From an uncultured Alphaproteobacteria bacterium (GTDB lineage Bacteria > Pseudomonadota > Alphaproteobacteria > HIMB59 > GCA-002718135): a stretch of 64,000 bases of DNA. Positions 38,338-47,673 of this stretch are shown here, one piece after another. The DNA lies in the NCBI GenBank assembly GCA_902560725.1, contig CACEMR010000001.1, forward strand, positions 65,027 through 129,026, in the 5' to 3' direction. The translations under genes were made by a program, and so were the position numbers. The notes below the pieces were generated by a model. It ran no database searches. It saw nothing but the letters and a program-made list of their open reading frames with translations, and was not told the DNA's origin. Within the stretch, counting starts at the first letter, position 1; each line of letters begins with the position of its first letter.

Positions 38338-38583
38338 ATGAAAATTAAATATTTTGCTTGGATCAAAGATATAACAAAGAAAGATTATGAATTTATTGAA
38401 AAAGATTTTCCTAGGAATATCAATGAATTAAAAAAAAATTTAAATACAATGTATCCAGATTTAGAAAAACATATAATGAGTGATATTTTACGTTTTGCTA
38501 TTAATAAGGAATATGTTTCCGAAAATTCAGAAATAAAATCAACAGATGAAATAGCTATATTCCCTCCTGTCAGTGGTGGATAA
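38338..38583 (+). CDS. moaD: molybdopterin synthase sulfur-carrier subunit (ubiquitin-like, C-terminal GG)
   Basis: 81 aa ending ...FPPVSGG. Immediately followed by moaE with a 1-nt overlap. Confidence 0.7.
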   Translation: MKIKYFAWIKDITKKDYEFIEKDFPRNINELKKNLNTMYPDLEKHIMSDILRFAINKEYVSENSEIKSTDEIAIFPPVSGG

Positions 38584-38999
38584 TGATAAAAATACAAAAA
38601 AAAGAATTTAATATTGAAAAAGAAATAAAAATTATAAAAGACCAGTACTCAAGCGTTGGTGCAGTAAATACATTTGTTGGATATGTTAGAGATATAAATA
38701 ATAATAGGGATGTTAAATTTTTAGATTTAGAGGTCTATAAAGAAATGGCAATAAAAGAACTTTCGAAAATTAAAGATAATGCTGTTGATAAATGGAGTTT
38801 AATTGATTGTCTTATAATTCATAGATATGGAAGATTGCATATAAATGAAAAAATTGTTCTTGTTGCTTGTTTTTCAGAACATAGAAATGATAGTTTTGAA
38901 GGTTGTAAATTTATAATGGACTATCTAAAAAAAGATGCTCCATTTTGGAAAAAAGAATTTTACAATGAGGAATCGAGCTGGTTACAAAATACTAGTTAG
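38583..38999 (+). CDS. moaE: molybdopterin synthase catalytic subunit
   Basis: 138 aa with a MoaE-like pattern (GAVNTFVGYVRD...HRYG.L...E..V.V...S.HR...F.......D.LK...PFWKKE). Confidence 0.8.
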   Translation: MIKIQKKEFNIEKEIKIIKDQYSSVGAVNTFVGYVRDINNNRDVKFLDLEVYKEMAIKELSKIKDNAVDKWSLIDCLIIHRYGRLHINEKIVLVACFSEHRNDSFEGCKFIMDYLKKDAPFWKKEFYNEESSWLQNTS

Positions 39000-39876
39000 T
39001 ATCAGTAACTATTTTTTTATAATCTTTCATAAACTGAAAAGTAGTAGTATTATCACCTGTTCTAAAGCCTAGAGAGTCTATAGATTTTACTGGAGTGATC
39101 TCAGCAGCAGTACCTGTTAAAAATACTTCATCAAAATTTTTTAATTCATCAGGTTTAATATGACGCTCAACCAAATTGAAACCTTGATGTTTTACCATTT
39201 CAATTACTGTTTGACGTGTGATACCATTTAGAAAACAATCTGGAATAGGTGTATGAATATCTTTATCTTTAATTAAAAAAATATTTGAACTTGTTGCTTC
39301 AGCAACATAGCCTCTATAATCTAACATTAAAGCTTCATTATAACCTTTATCTTCTGCAAAAGATTTTGAAAGCGTACAAATTAAATATGGTCCAGAAGCC
39401 TTAGCTTCAAAAGGTATCGATTCAGGCGAAGGTCTTTTCCAAGGAGAAGTAATTAAAGTTAAACCATGTTTCATATCTTCCATTTTATAATATGTTGTCC
39501 AATCATCCCAGATAGCAATCGATACATGAACATCAGAATTTGCCGTAGACAATCCCATCAACTTTCCCCCTCTCCATGCAAATGGCCTTACATAACAATC
39601 TTTATAATTCATTTTTTGTATCAATTCGTCTTTTGCATTATTTATTTCTTCTTCAGAGTATGGAATTTTTATTCCGATGGTTTCAGCTGACTTAAATAGT
39701 CTTTTTGTATGCTCTTCACTTTTAAAAATTTTACCATTATAAGCTCTTTCTCCTTCGAATACTGCGCTTGCATAATGTAATCCTTGACCAATTACATGAG
39801 TTGTAGCATTATTCCACTCAACAAACTCTCCATTGTACCAGATCCAACCATCTCTGTTTTCAAATGTTTTAGGCAT
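38992..39876 (-). CDS. ilvE: branched-chain amino acid aminotransferase (class IV)
   Basis: 294 aa with GLHYASAVFEGERAY, YVRP and LNGITR...TGTAAE motifs. Confidence 0.9.
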   Translation of the reverse strand: MPKTFENRDGWIWYNGEFVEWNNATTHVIGQGLHYASAVFEGERAYNGKIFKSEEHTKRLFKSAETIGIKIPYSEEEINNAKDELIQKMNYKDCYVRPFAWRGGKLMGLSTANSDVHVSIAIWDDWTTYYKMEDMKHGLTLITSPWKRPSPESIPFEAKASGPYLICTLSKSFAEDKGYNEALMLDYRGYVAEATSSNIFLIKDKDIHTPIPDCFLNGITRQTVIEMVKHQGFNLVERHIKPDELKNFDEVFLTGTAAEITPVKSIDSLGFRTGDNTTTFQFMKDYKKIVTDTN

Positions 39877-39938
39877 AAATTAATTATTTTTATTTTTTAA
39901 ATGACAATTGACTATCAGTGATGCATAATTAAGTCAAT

Positions 39939-40421
39939 ATGGCTGACCTAAATAAATTGTTAACACCTCTTTATTTGAATGAGAAAGAAATAAGGAAAAT
40001 AATAGAATTAATGTTTTTTTCTTATAGAGATTTCACATCCGGCCCCGATAGAGTGCTTGAAAAAATTAAGTTTGGACGTGCTCACCATAGAGTTATTTAT
40101 TTTGTAGGAAAAAAAAATGGACTTACTATAAAAGAACTTCTTTCAATTTTGCAAATAACTAAACAAAGTTTATCTAGAGTTTTAAATCAATTGGTAAAAG
40201 AAAAGTTTATTATTTTGTCTACTGGTGAAGACAAAAGAACAAAAAAACTTACACTTTCTAAAAAAGGTCAAGAATTAGAAATAAAATTATCGAATATTCA
40301 AATTACAAATATTTATAACGTTATTAAAAATTTTGATGAAATAGATATTAATGGTTTTAAGAAAGTTTTATTTAAAATGATAGATGAAAAAAACCAAAAA
40401 AAATTTAATGAAATAAATTAA
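39939..40421 (+). CDS. MarR-family transcriptional regulator (PetP-like position)
   Basis: 160 aa with a winged-helix segment LTIKELLSILQITKQSLSRVLNQLVKEKFI...DKRTKKLTLSKKG. Confidence 0.7.
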   Translation: MADLNKLLTPLYLNEKEIRKIIELMFFSYRDFTSGPDRVLEKIKFGRAHHRVIYFVGKKNGLTIKELLSILQITKQSLSRVLNQLVKEKFIILSTGEDKRTKKLTLSKKGQELEIKLSNIQITNIYNVIKNFDEIDINGFKKVLFKMIDEKNQKKFNEIN

Positions 40422-40425
40422 ATAA

Positions 40426-41106
40426 ATGAATAAAAATATACTCATTGTCGATGATGATAAGAGACTAAGAGAACTTCTTAAAGATTATTTAACTGAAAAA
40501 AAATTTGCAGTTTTTACATGTGAAGATTTTTTAGAAGCCAAAGATATTTTATCATTTTTATTTTTTGATCTTATTATTCTTGATAGAATGATGCCTTCAG
40601 GAGATGGGATTGATTTAATTGAATTTATTAAAAAAATTTCTAAATCACCAATAATAATGTTAACTGCTTTAAGTGAAGATCAAAATAAAATTGATGGATT
40701 AAAAATTGGAGCTGATGATTATCTGGCTAAACCATTTGAGCCTGAAGAACTATTTCTACGAATTAAAAATCTTTTAAATTTATATGATAATATATCTAAT
40801 AAAAATACTAAAGTTTCATTTGGAAACTTTATATTTGATATGTCTTCTCTAGAATTAAAACATCATAATAACCTTATATATCTTACTGAAGGTGAAAATG
40901 ATCTTTTATTAAAATTAATTTACAAAAAAAATAATATAGTTTTGAGAGAAGAATTAGCAGATCAAGAGTTTGATGAATCTGAATTAAGAAAAGTTGATGT
41001 AAGAATTACTAGATTGAGACAGAAAATAGAAAAAAATGCCAAACAGCCTCAATTTATTAAAACTGTAAGGGGCAAAGGATATAAATTAATTTGTGATGAA
41101 ATATAA
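40426..41106 (+). CDS. OmpR-family two-component response regulator
   Basis: Receiver domain (ILIVDDD, LIILDRMMP, AKPF) plus a winged-helix output (RITRLRQKIE...IKTVRGKGYKL). Confidence 0.9.
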   Translation: MNKNILIVDDDKRLRELLKDYLTEKKFAVFTCEDFLEAKDILSFLFFDLIILDRMMPSGDGIDLIEFIKKISKSPIIMLTALSEDQNKIDGLKIGADDYLAKPFEPEELFLRIKNLLNLYDNISNKNTKVSFGNFIFDMSSLELKHHNNLIYLTEGENDLLLKLIYKKNNIVLREELADQEFDESELRKVDVRITRLRQKIEKNAKQPQFIKTVRGKGYKLICDEI

Positions 41107-42398
41107 TGTATAAAAAAATTATTCCTTCAACGTTAATAGGTCGCTCGATTATAATAATTTTTGTTCCAATAATTATATTAGTATTACTTACTTCACTTGT
41201 TTTTTATCAAACTTCATGGAATATTATTTCAAAGAGATTAGCAGAGTCAGTTGTTGCAGATATTAATGTTTTAGTAAAATTAATAGATGATGATTTGCAG
41301 AATTATGCACGAAACATAGCTAAAAAAGATTTCAAGATGGAAATAAATATTAGGAAAGATGAGTCTATTAATCCTTTATCTAAAAAAATAAGTAGAGGTA
41401 TTTTATCAAGGAGACTTGATCAATCTCTCACAAATTTAGACAAACCCTTTAGTTATGATCTTACTAATTTAGAAAGAGGAGCAATAATTAAAATTCAATT
41501 AGATAATGAATTATTAATCATTAATGTTGATAAAGACAGACTCTACAGTGAAACGGCCTTTGTGTTTCTTCTATGGATGATCTTTGCATCGCTCATTCTA
41601 TTATTTATGTCTTATTTTTTAATGAGCAAACAACTTAAACCTCTAAAAAGATTAGCAATAATTGCTGAAACTTTTGGAAGAGGTTTAGATGCACCCGAGT
41701 TAAAAAGTGTAGGAGCACATGAAATAAGGCAAACATCTCAGGCTTTTAATCAAATGAGAACAAGAATTAAAAGATTTTTAAAGCAAAGAACTGATATGCT
41801 TGCTGGTGTAAGTCATGATTTAAGAACGCCTTTAACAAGAATGAAATTACAAGTATCGTTAATGAAAGATAAAAAAGCACAAGCTGAATTGGAAATAGAT
41901 ATTAAAGAAATGACGGCAATGCTCGATAGTTATGTCAGTTTTGTTAAAACTGAATCCCCAGAAACTATCGAAAATATAAATATTAATGAACTTATTAAAG
42001 AATGTATTAAAAATTTAAATGAGGATAATTATACAATAAAACTAGATGAAAAAAATATTGTTCAAACATCAGGTCGACCTATTCAATTAAAAAGAGCATT
42101 CCAAAATATAATTGATAATTCAAAAAGATATGGTGATAAGATTGAAATTAAAATATTTCTTGATGAAAGTGGTTGTAATATTGACATAAATGATAATGGA
42201 GGAGGTATACCAAAAGAAAAATATGAAGATGTATTCAAACCTTTTTACACACTTGATCCTTCGAGAAATAAATTAAAAGGTGAAAGCGGACTTGGATTAA
42301 CAATTACTAGGGATATAATAAGGTCTCATGGAGGTGAAATAAAATTAGATGAATCTGAATTAGGCGGTCTTAAATTATCTGTTTTATTACCTATTTGA
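41106..42398 (+). CDS. EnvZ-like sensor histidine kinase
   Basis: Two TM segments, a HAMP-like linker, the H-box LAGVSHDLRTPLTRM, and N/G boxes (IIDNSKRYG, DNGGGIP, GESGLGLTI). 1-nt overlap with the regulator gene. Confidence 0.85.
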   Translation: MYKKIIPSTLIGRSIIIIFVPIIILVLLTSLVFYQTSWNIISKRLAESVVADINVLVKLIDDDLQNYARNIAKKDFKMEINIRKDESINPLSKKISRGILSRRLDQSLTNLDKPFSYDLTNLERGAIIKIQLDNELLIINVDKDRLYSETAFVFLLWMIFASLILLFMSYFLMSKQLKPLKRLAIIAETFGRGLDAPELKSVGAHEIRQTSQAFNQMRTRIKRFLKQRTDMLAGVSHDLRTPLTRMKLQVSLMKDKKAQAELEIDIKEMTAMLDSYVSFVKTESPETIENININELIKECIKNLNEDNYTIKLDEKNIVQTSGRPIQLKRAFQNIIDNSKRYGDKIEIKIFLDESGCNIDINDNGGGIPKEKYEDVFKPFYTLDPSRNKLKGESGLGLTITRDIIRSHGGEIKLDESELGGLKLSVLLPI

Positions 42399-42400
42399 GC

Positions 42401-42745
42401 TTAGTATAACTTTATTCCATTTTTTAATCTATTGGATGGTACTACTAAAATTGGTTCATTATTTTCATCAGGCAAACCAAGAACTAATACTTCAGATATA
42501 ATTTTACCTATTTGTTTAGGTGCAAAGTTCACAACAGCTATAACTTGTCTATTTAGTAAATCTGCAGATTTATAATTTCTTCTGAGCTGGGCAGAACTTT
42601 TTTTGATACCAATTCCTTTACCAAAATCAATTTTTAATAATATTGAGGGTTTTAGCAATTCATCATATTCTTGGGCGTCAATAATAGTTCCTAGTCTAAT
42701 ATCTACTTTTTCAAAGTCTGAGTAACTTATAGTTTTATTGTCCAT
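42401..42745 (-). CDS. tRNA-binding domain protein (CsaA/Trbp111-like)
   Basis: 114 aa with an OB-fold tRNA_bind pattern (VDIRLGTI...KIDFG...VNFAPKQIGK..SEVLVLG). Confidence 0.7.
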   Translation of the reverse strand: MDNKTISYSDFEKVDIRLGTIIDAQEYDELLKPSILLKIDFGKGIGIKKSSAQLRRNYKSADLLNRQVIAVVNFAPKQIGKIISEVLVLGLPDENNEPILVVPSNRLKNGIKLY

Positions 42746-43281
42746 TAAAATACAAATGAAAGTTTATCAACATTTGTTAAATAGTTATCTAAAGTTGTCA
42801 TAGTTTTTTCTAGTGATTCAGTTTCGTCTTTGTTCCATGTATAGATAATCAAAAAATACAAAATCATAATAACTTTAATATTAGCTAAACCTTTTATACC
42901 GTTAACTTTAATATTAGATATTGTAGCCATTAATATTATACTTTCTGCAAAAGAAGGAAATATTTTAGCAAAATCTTGAGGATTAGATGATAAATATTTT
43001 AATAAGTTTTTTATAGATTTTCTATATGAATTTAGTATGTCTAATCTTGCCATAAAGACTTCAAAAAGCATATCTTTTTTTGATGAATCTTCTAAGTTTG
43101 ATAAATTTTTCTTTAGCAAATAATCAAAATATCTATTTATGTTTATTAAAAGTTCAATTTTATTTTTGATAATTGTTTTTTTTTCATTTTTTATAACACT
43201 TGAAATTGAAATATTTTTCCAAGATTTCTTTTCTAACAACAATAAAGTTTTTTTTGCCAAAGAAATTTTATTAATTTGCAT
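42745..43281 (-). CDS. hypothetical protein (possibly a TetR-fold/COQ9-like accessory protein)
   Basis: 178 aa. Only weak resemblance (KSWKNISISSV N-terminal pattern, helical C-terminus). Function unsupported. Confidence 0.3.
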   Translation of the reverse strand: MQINKISLAKKTLLLLEKKSWKNISISSVIKNEKKTIIKNKIELLININRYFDYLLKKNLSNLEDSSKKDMLFEVFMARLDILNSYRKSIKNLLKYLSSNPQDFAKIFPSFAESIILMATISNIKVNGIKGLANIKVIMILYFLIIYTWNKDETESLEKTMTTLDNYLTNVDKLSFVF

Positions 43282-43282
43282 T

Positions 43283-44092
43283 TTACTTACCTTGATTTTT
43301 TGCTTTTTTATATGAGGCTCTTGCTAAATCTTTAAAAATTTTATGAATCTTGTTAATGTTCATTATTTTAAGTCCTGCTTCAGTAGTGCCTCCTCTAGTA
43401 GCAACAGTGTTGACTAATTTATCTGCGCTCATTTTATTTATATCTAACAAATTGATAGACCCTTTAAATGTTTCTAATACTAGAGTTTTGGCAATATTTT
43501 TTTTAAATCCTAAATTAATTGCAGCTTTTTCAAATGCATCTATAAGATTAAAAACAAAACCAGGACCACTTCCTGAAATAGCAGTAGCCATGTCTATTTG
43601 ATTTTCATTTTGTAAAAATATAGTCTTGCCAGAGTATTCAAATAGCTTGCTAACATCTTTTTTTTTCAAAATATTTGCTTTTTTGTTTGAAACAATACAA
43701 TTCATACTTTGCCCAATTAATGCTGGCATATTTGGCATAATCCTAAAGAAGTTACTAATATTTTTAAATTTTTTTTCAAAAACTCCAATTTTTTTTCCTG
43801 CAATAACACTTACGATTGCGCATTGATTTTTAATTTTAATCTTTCCTAATTCTTTTAAAACATTAATAAGATCACTTGGCCTTACAGCTAATACAATAAA
43901 ATCAAAGTTTATAAATTTTCCTAATTCTGATATGGATTCAATAAATTTATTATTTTTTCTTTTATATTTGAGTCTCAACGATTTATATTTAATTGGATCT
44001 ACTACAGTTAATGAATATTGATTTGATTTAATCCATGAAACCAATAATGCATTGCCCATATGACCGCATCCAATTAATAATATTTTTTTCAT
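43283..44092 (-). CDS. proC: pyrroline-5-carboxylate reductase
   Basis: ILLIGCGHMGNAL NAD motif, SGSGPGF and the C-terminal TTEAGL motif. Confidence 0.85.
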   Translation of the reverse strand: MKKILLIGCGHMGNALLVSWIKSNQYSLTVVDPIKYKSLRLKYKRKNNKFIESISELGKFINFDFIVLAVRPSDLINVLKELGKIKIKNQCAIVSVIAGKKIGVFEKKFKNISNFFRIMPNMPALIGQSMNCIVSNKKANILKKKDVSKLFEYSGKTIFLQNENQIDMATAISGSGPGFVFNLIDAFEKAAINLGFKKNIAKTLVLETFKGSINLLDINKMSADKLVNTVATRGGTTEAGLKIMNINKIHKIFKDLARASYKKAKNQGK

Positions 44093-44128
44093 AATTTAAA
44101 AAAAAGCAAGATAGTAATAATATATTTA

Positions 44129-44602
44129 TTATGCTCTGCCAATTATTTCAAATTCAGAAAATTTAATAGCTTGTTTTGGTAATGTATCATCAAATAGTAC
44201 TTGCTGAAAACTAGGATAAAATTTTTCGCATTCATAGATTCCTATATCTACCAAATCTTCAAATTTTTTATGAAGTACATCAGACTCATTGTTTGATAGA
44301 ATTGTGTGTCTAAAAGCTGGAATACCATTTTTACTTGTTATATCAAAATGCCCTATCCACAAATTTTCGTTAATTAATGCTAATAACTCGTAAGCTTTAT
44401 TTAGTTTTGTTTCAGGGAACCTTATGTCGAAAGTTATTGATAAACTTAGTGCATTAATATTTTCTGACCATGAAAAATAAAGTCTATATGCGCACCACTG
44501 AGAGGAAATTTCTGCTACAAGTTCATGGTCAGCAGCACGACTAAAATTCCACTTTTTTTGGTGAATTACATCCTCAACAATATCTATTGGATTTAATAAC
44601 AT
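44129..44602 (-). CDS. YbjN-domain-like protein (function unknown)
   Basis: 157 aa. The size and the position next to proC resemble alphaproteobacterial YbjN-domain genes. The sequence evidence is weak. Confidence 0.35.
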   Translation of the reverse strand: MLLNPIDIVEDVIHQKKWNFSRAADHELVAEISSQWCAYRLYFSWSENINALSLSITFDIRFPETKLNKAYELLALINENLWIGHFDITSKNGIPAFRHTILSNNESDVLHKKFEDLVDIGIYECEKFYPSFQQVLFDDTLPKQAIKFSEFEIIGRA

Positions 44603-44735
44603 ATTTTGATATCCATACTTTATCTAGTACTATAATCGAAACGAAGTACTAAATATTGATTACTAAAATTTTACGATGTTTTGCAAGGTTATTTATTAAA
44701 AATATTTAAATTTTGTGAATAATTTTGGAGTTTTT

Positions 44736-45026
44736 CTAGCTTTTCTTAGTTTTCTTTTTAGTTCTAGCCTTTTTAGTAGTTTTTTTGCTTTTAGTTGCTT
44801 GTCTTTTTGTTGATTTATTTAACTTCGCGTTTTCTATCATTAACTTTTGAACCATTTTTTTTAAAACTTCAAATTCATCTTTTTTTACCAAATTCATTTT
44901 TTTAATTACCTTATCTACTCTTAGGGATACAATAGTCTCTATTTCCTCTTTTAAACCAGAAAAAGCTCCCATAGCATCTACTGCAAATTTTGATAAATCT
45001 GATAATATTTTGTTTTTATTAACCAT
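44736..45026 (-). CDS. UbiK/YqiC (BMFP) family accessory protein with a lysine-rich tail
   Basis: 96 aa with a coiled-coil core (LSKFAVDAMGAFSGLKEEIE...LVKKDEFEVLKKMV). Positioned beside lgt as in other alphaproteobacteria. Confidence 0.5.
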   Translation of the reverse strand: MVNKNKILSDLSKFAVDAMGAFSGLKEEIETIVSLRVDKVIKKMNLVKKDEFEVLKKMVQKLMIENAKLNKSTKRQATKSKKTTKKARTKKKTKKS

Positions 45027-45049
45027 AATTTTATTAATAATGTAGATAT

Positions 45050-45844
45050 ATGAATTTTATTCAACCTTCAATAGATCCTGTAATATTCTCATTCGGTTTT
45101 ATAGATATACGCTGGTATAGCTTGGCTTATATTTTTGGGCTGATATTTGGTCTTATCTTAATTAAAAGGCTAAATAGAGTAAAAGGAAATTTGATAAGCA
45201 TTAATCAATTAGATAATTTTTTTATTTGGGCTGTAATTGGTATTATTTTTGGAGGAAGAATTGGTTACGTACTCTTTTATCAAACATATTTATTTATCGA
45301 GAATCCATTTTATATTTTTGAAATTTGGAATGGGGGTATGTCTTTTCATGGAGGATTAATTGGAATAATAGTTAGTACTTATTTTTTTTGTAAAATTAAT
45401 GATATAGATTTTTTTTATCTTTCAGATTTAGTATCTATTGTTGCTCCAATAGGATTGTTTTTAGGTAGAATTGCTAACTTTATTAATACCGAACTTATTG
45501 GAAAACCAACAGATTTTTTTATTTCAGTTATATATCCAACTATTGATAATTTACCTAGACACCCCTCACAGCTTTATGAAGCTCTGTTTGAAGGCTTAGT
45601 ATTATTTATAATATTAATTTCTTATTTTTTTAAAAATAATAAAAAAATAAACAATGGATTTATTACTGGTCTATTTTTAGTTTTGTATTCTTTTTTTCGT
45701 TTCATTATTGAATATATAAGAGAACCAGACTTGCATTTAGGCTTATTTTTTAATTTTATTTCAATGGGACAAATATTAAGCATACCATTATTTATATTAG
45801 GTATTATTTTATTAAGAAAAAATGAATATAGAAAAAATAATTAA
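45050..45844 (+). CDS. lgt: prolipoprotein diacylglyceryl transferase
   Basis: GGMSFHGGLIG, GRIANFIN.EL.G and HPSQLYEALFEG motifs. Confidence 0.9.
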   Translation: MNFIQPSIDPVIFSFGFIDIRWYSLAYIFGLIFGLILIKRLNRVKGNLISINQLDNFFIWAVIGIIFGGRIGYVLFYQTYLFIENPFYIFEIWNGGMSFHGGLIGIIVSTYFFCKINDIDFFYLSDLVSIVAPIGLFLGRIANFINTELIGKPTDFFISVIYPTIDNLPRHPSQLYEALFEGLVLFIILISYFFKNNKKINNGFITGLFLVLYSFFRFIIEYIREPDLHLGLFFNFISMGQILSIPLFILGIILLRKNEYRKNN

Positions 45845-46859
45845 ATCTAAAATCATTGAAAAAAAAAGAGATATGCGTTTAGATTACTTCCTAAGCAGTG
45901 CACTTTATGAAGATAAGGGTTATTATTCTAATCAAAATCCAATAGGGGGAAAAAATGATTTTGTTACCGCTCCTGAAATTTCTCAGATGTTTGGAGAAAT
46001 AGTTGGGCTTTATTTGTATTACATTTGGAGAGAAAATATAAATTCTAAATTCAACTTAATAGAATTAGGACCTGGAAATGGTACTTTATTTAAAGATATT
46101 TCGAGGAGTGTATCATCTTATCCAGATTTTTTAAAAAATGCTAAAATAAAATTTATAGAAATAAATAAAAAATTAATAAAAATACAAAAGGAAAGCCTTA
46201 AAAAATTATCATTAAATAATATAAATTGGAGTAAGCAAATAAATTATAAAACAACTAGACCGTCAATTATATATTCTAATGAATTTTTTGATTGCTTCCC
46301 AGTAAGGCATTTCATTTTAAAAAAACATTGGTACGAAAGATATGTGAGCTTTAATCAAATAGAAAAAAAATTATTTTTTAAAAATATGCATGTAAAAAAT
46401 AAAAAATTAATATCTTTTTTAAATTTATATAAAAAAGAAAAATTGTTAGAAATTTCAATTCAAAGAAATAAATATTATGAAAAAATTTGTAAATTTATTA
46501 AAAATAGAGGAGGTCTGTTTTTGACTATAGATTATGGTTATTTTGAAAATATTGATAATTTTACTCTACAAGCAATACAAAATCATAAATTTTCAAATGT
46601 TTTAGAAGATATAGGAAAAAAAGATATTTCAAGTCATGTGAATTTTAGAGAATTTATAAATATTGCTAAAAAATATAAATTAAAGATTGAAGAGTATTGT
46701 TCACAAAGAGAATTTTTAATTAAATATGGTATTCTAGAAAGAAAAAAAACTTTATCTAAATCAAATATTAATAAAAAATTTAATATTGAACTAGAAAGAT
46801 TAATAGGAAAAGATGAAATGGGTGATCTATTTAAGTGTTTAATTGTTTCTAATCTTTAG
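45822..46859 (+). CDS. SAM-dependent methyltransferase, MidA/NDUFAF7 (DUF185) family
   Basis: DFVTAPEISQMFGE and ELGPGNGTL motifs. 23-nt overlap with lgt. Confidence 0.75.
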   Translation: MNIEKIIKSKIIEKKRDMRLDYFLSSALYEDKGYYSNQNPIGGKNDFVTAPEISQMFGEIVGLYLYYIWRENINSKFNLIELGPGNGTLFKDISRSVSSYPDFLKNAKIKFIEINKKLIKIQKESLKKLSLNNINWSKQINYKTTRPSIIYSNEFFDCFPVRHFILKKHWYERYVSFNQIEKKLFFKNMHVKNKKLISFLNLYKKEKLLEISIQRNKYYEKICKFIKNRGGLFLTIDYGYFENIDNFTLQAIQNHKFSNVLEDIGKKDISSHVNFREFINIAKKYKLKIEEYCSQREFLIKYGILERKKTLSKSNINKKFNIELERLIGKDEMGDLFKCLIVSNL

Positions 46860-46861
46860 TA

Positions 46862-47626
46862 ATGCAAAATTTTATTAATATAAATAAATTTATAGATATT
46901 GTAAATTTAGGTTTTTTTACTTCTAAGGGAGGAATTTCTAAAGGTGATTTTAATTCTTTAAATTGCAGCAAAAGTAATGATGATAAAAAAAATAATGTAT
47001 CAAAAAATATTAAAATAGCAATTAATGCACTTGGCATAGAAAAGAAGAGGTTAAAATTAATTAATCAAATACACTCAAATAAAATATTTTTTGTCAATAA
47101 TAATAATTTAAATAAAGATATTTACGGGGATGGATTAATTACTGAAAATAAAAATATTGCATTGGGTATATTAACTGCAGACTGTGCGCCAATATTTATT
47201 TTTGATAAGAAAAAAAGTATTGTTTGTTGTCTTCATTCTGGCTGGAAGGGGGCTTTAAATAATATTGTAAGTAAAGGAATTAAAAAAATTAAAAGAAAAA
47301 AAATAAAAAGTCAAAATATTATTGTAATAGTTGGACCATGTTTGGGGTTTAATAATTTTGAAGTTGATAAAAAATTCAAATTAAAATTTATAAAAAAAAA
47401 TAAATCGTACCAAAAATTCTTTAAATCAAAAAATCGTAATAAGGATATATTTGATCTACGTAATCTTATTAACTTCCAAATTAGCAAAGAAGGGATAAAT
47501 AATGTGTTTAATATAAGAAAGGATACCTATAAAAATAGTCATATTTTTTTTAGTCACAGAAGAGCAACTCATCAAAATAAGATTCAAACTGGCAGAATGA
47601 TAAATATCATCTCTTTAAGAGATTAA
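46862..47626 (+). CDS. pgeF: YfiH/PgeF family (purine nucleoside phosphorylase / peptidoglycan editing factor)
   Basis: LTADCAPI, HSGWKG and FFSHRR motifs. Confidence 0.8.
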   Translation: MQNFININKFIDIVNLGFFTSKGGISKGDFNSLNCSKSNDDKKNNVSKNIKIAINALGIEKKRLKLINQIHSNKIFFVNNNNLNKDIYGDGLITENKNIALGILTADCAPIFIFDKKKSIVCCLHSGWKGALNNIVSKGIKKIKRKKIKSQNIIVIVGPCLGFNNFEVDKKFKLKFIKKNKSYQKFFKSKNRNKDIFDLRNLINFQISKEGINNVFNIRKDTYKNSHIFFSHRRATHQNKIQTGRMINIISLRD

Positions 47627-47673
47627 TTTCTATTGAACTATTTTAATTCTGATATAGTACATAAAAAGATTAA

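Noticed and set aside
44625-44651. Inverted repeat TAGTACT-N13-AGTACTA in the 133-nt spacer, considered as a terminator for the UbiK-like gene.
   Set aside because: The stem is only 7 bp and AT-rich with a long loop, and no U-run follows on the relevant (minus) strand. That is too weak to call.
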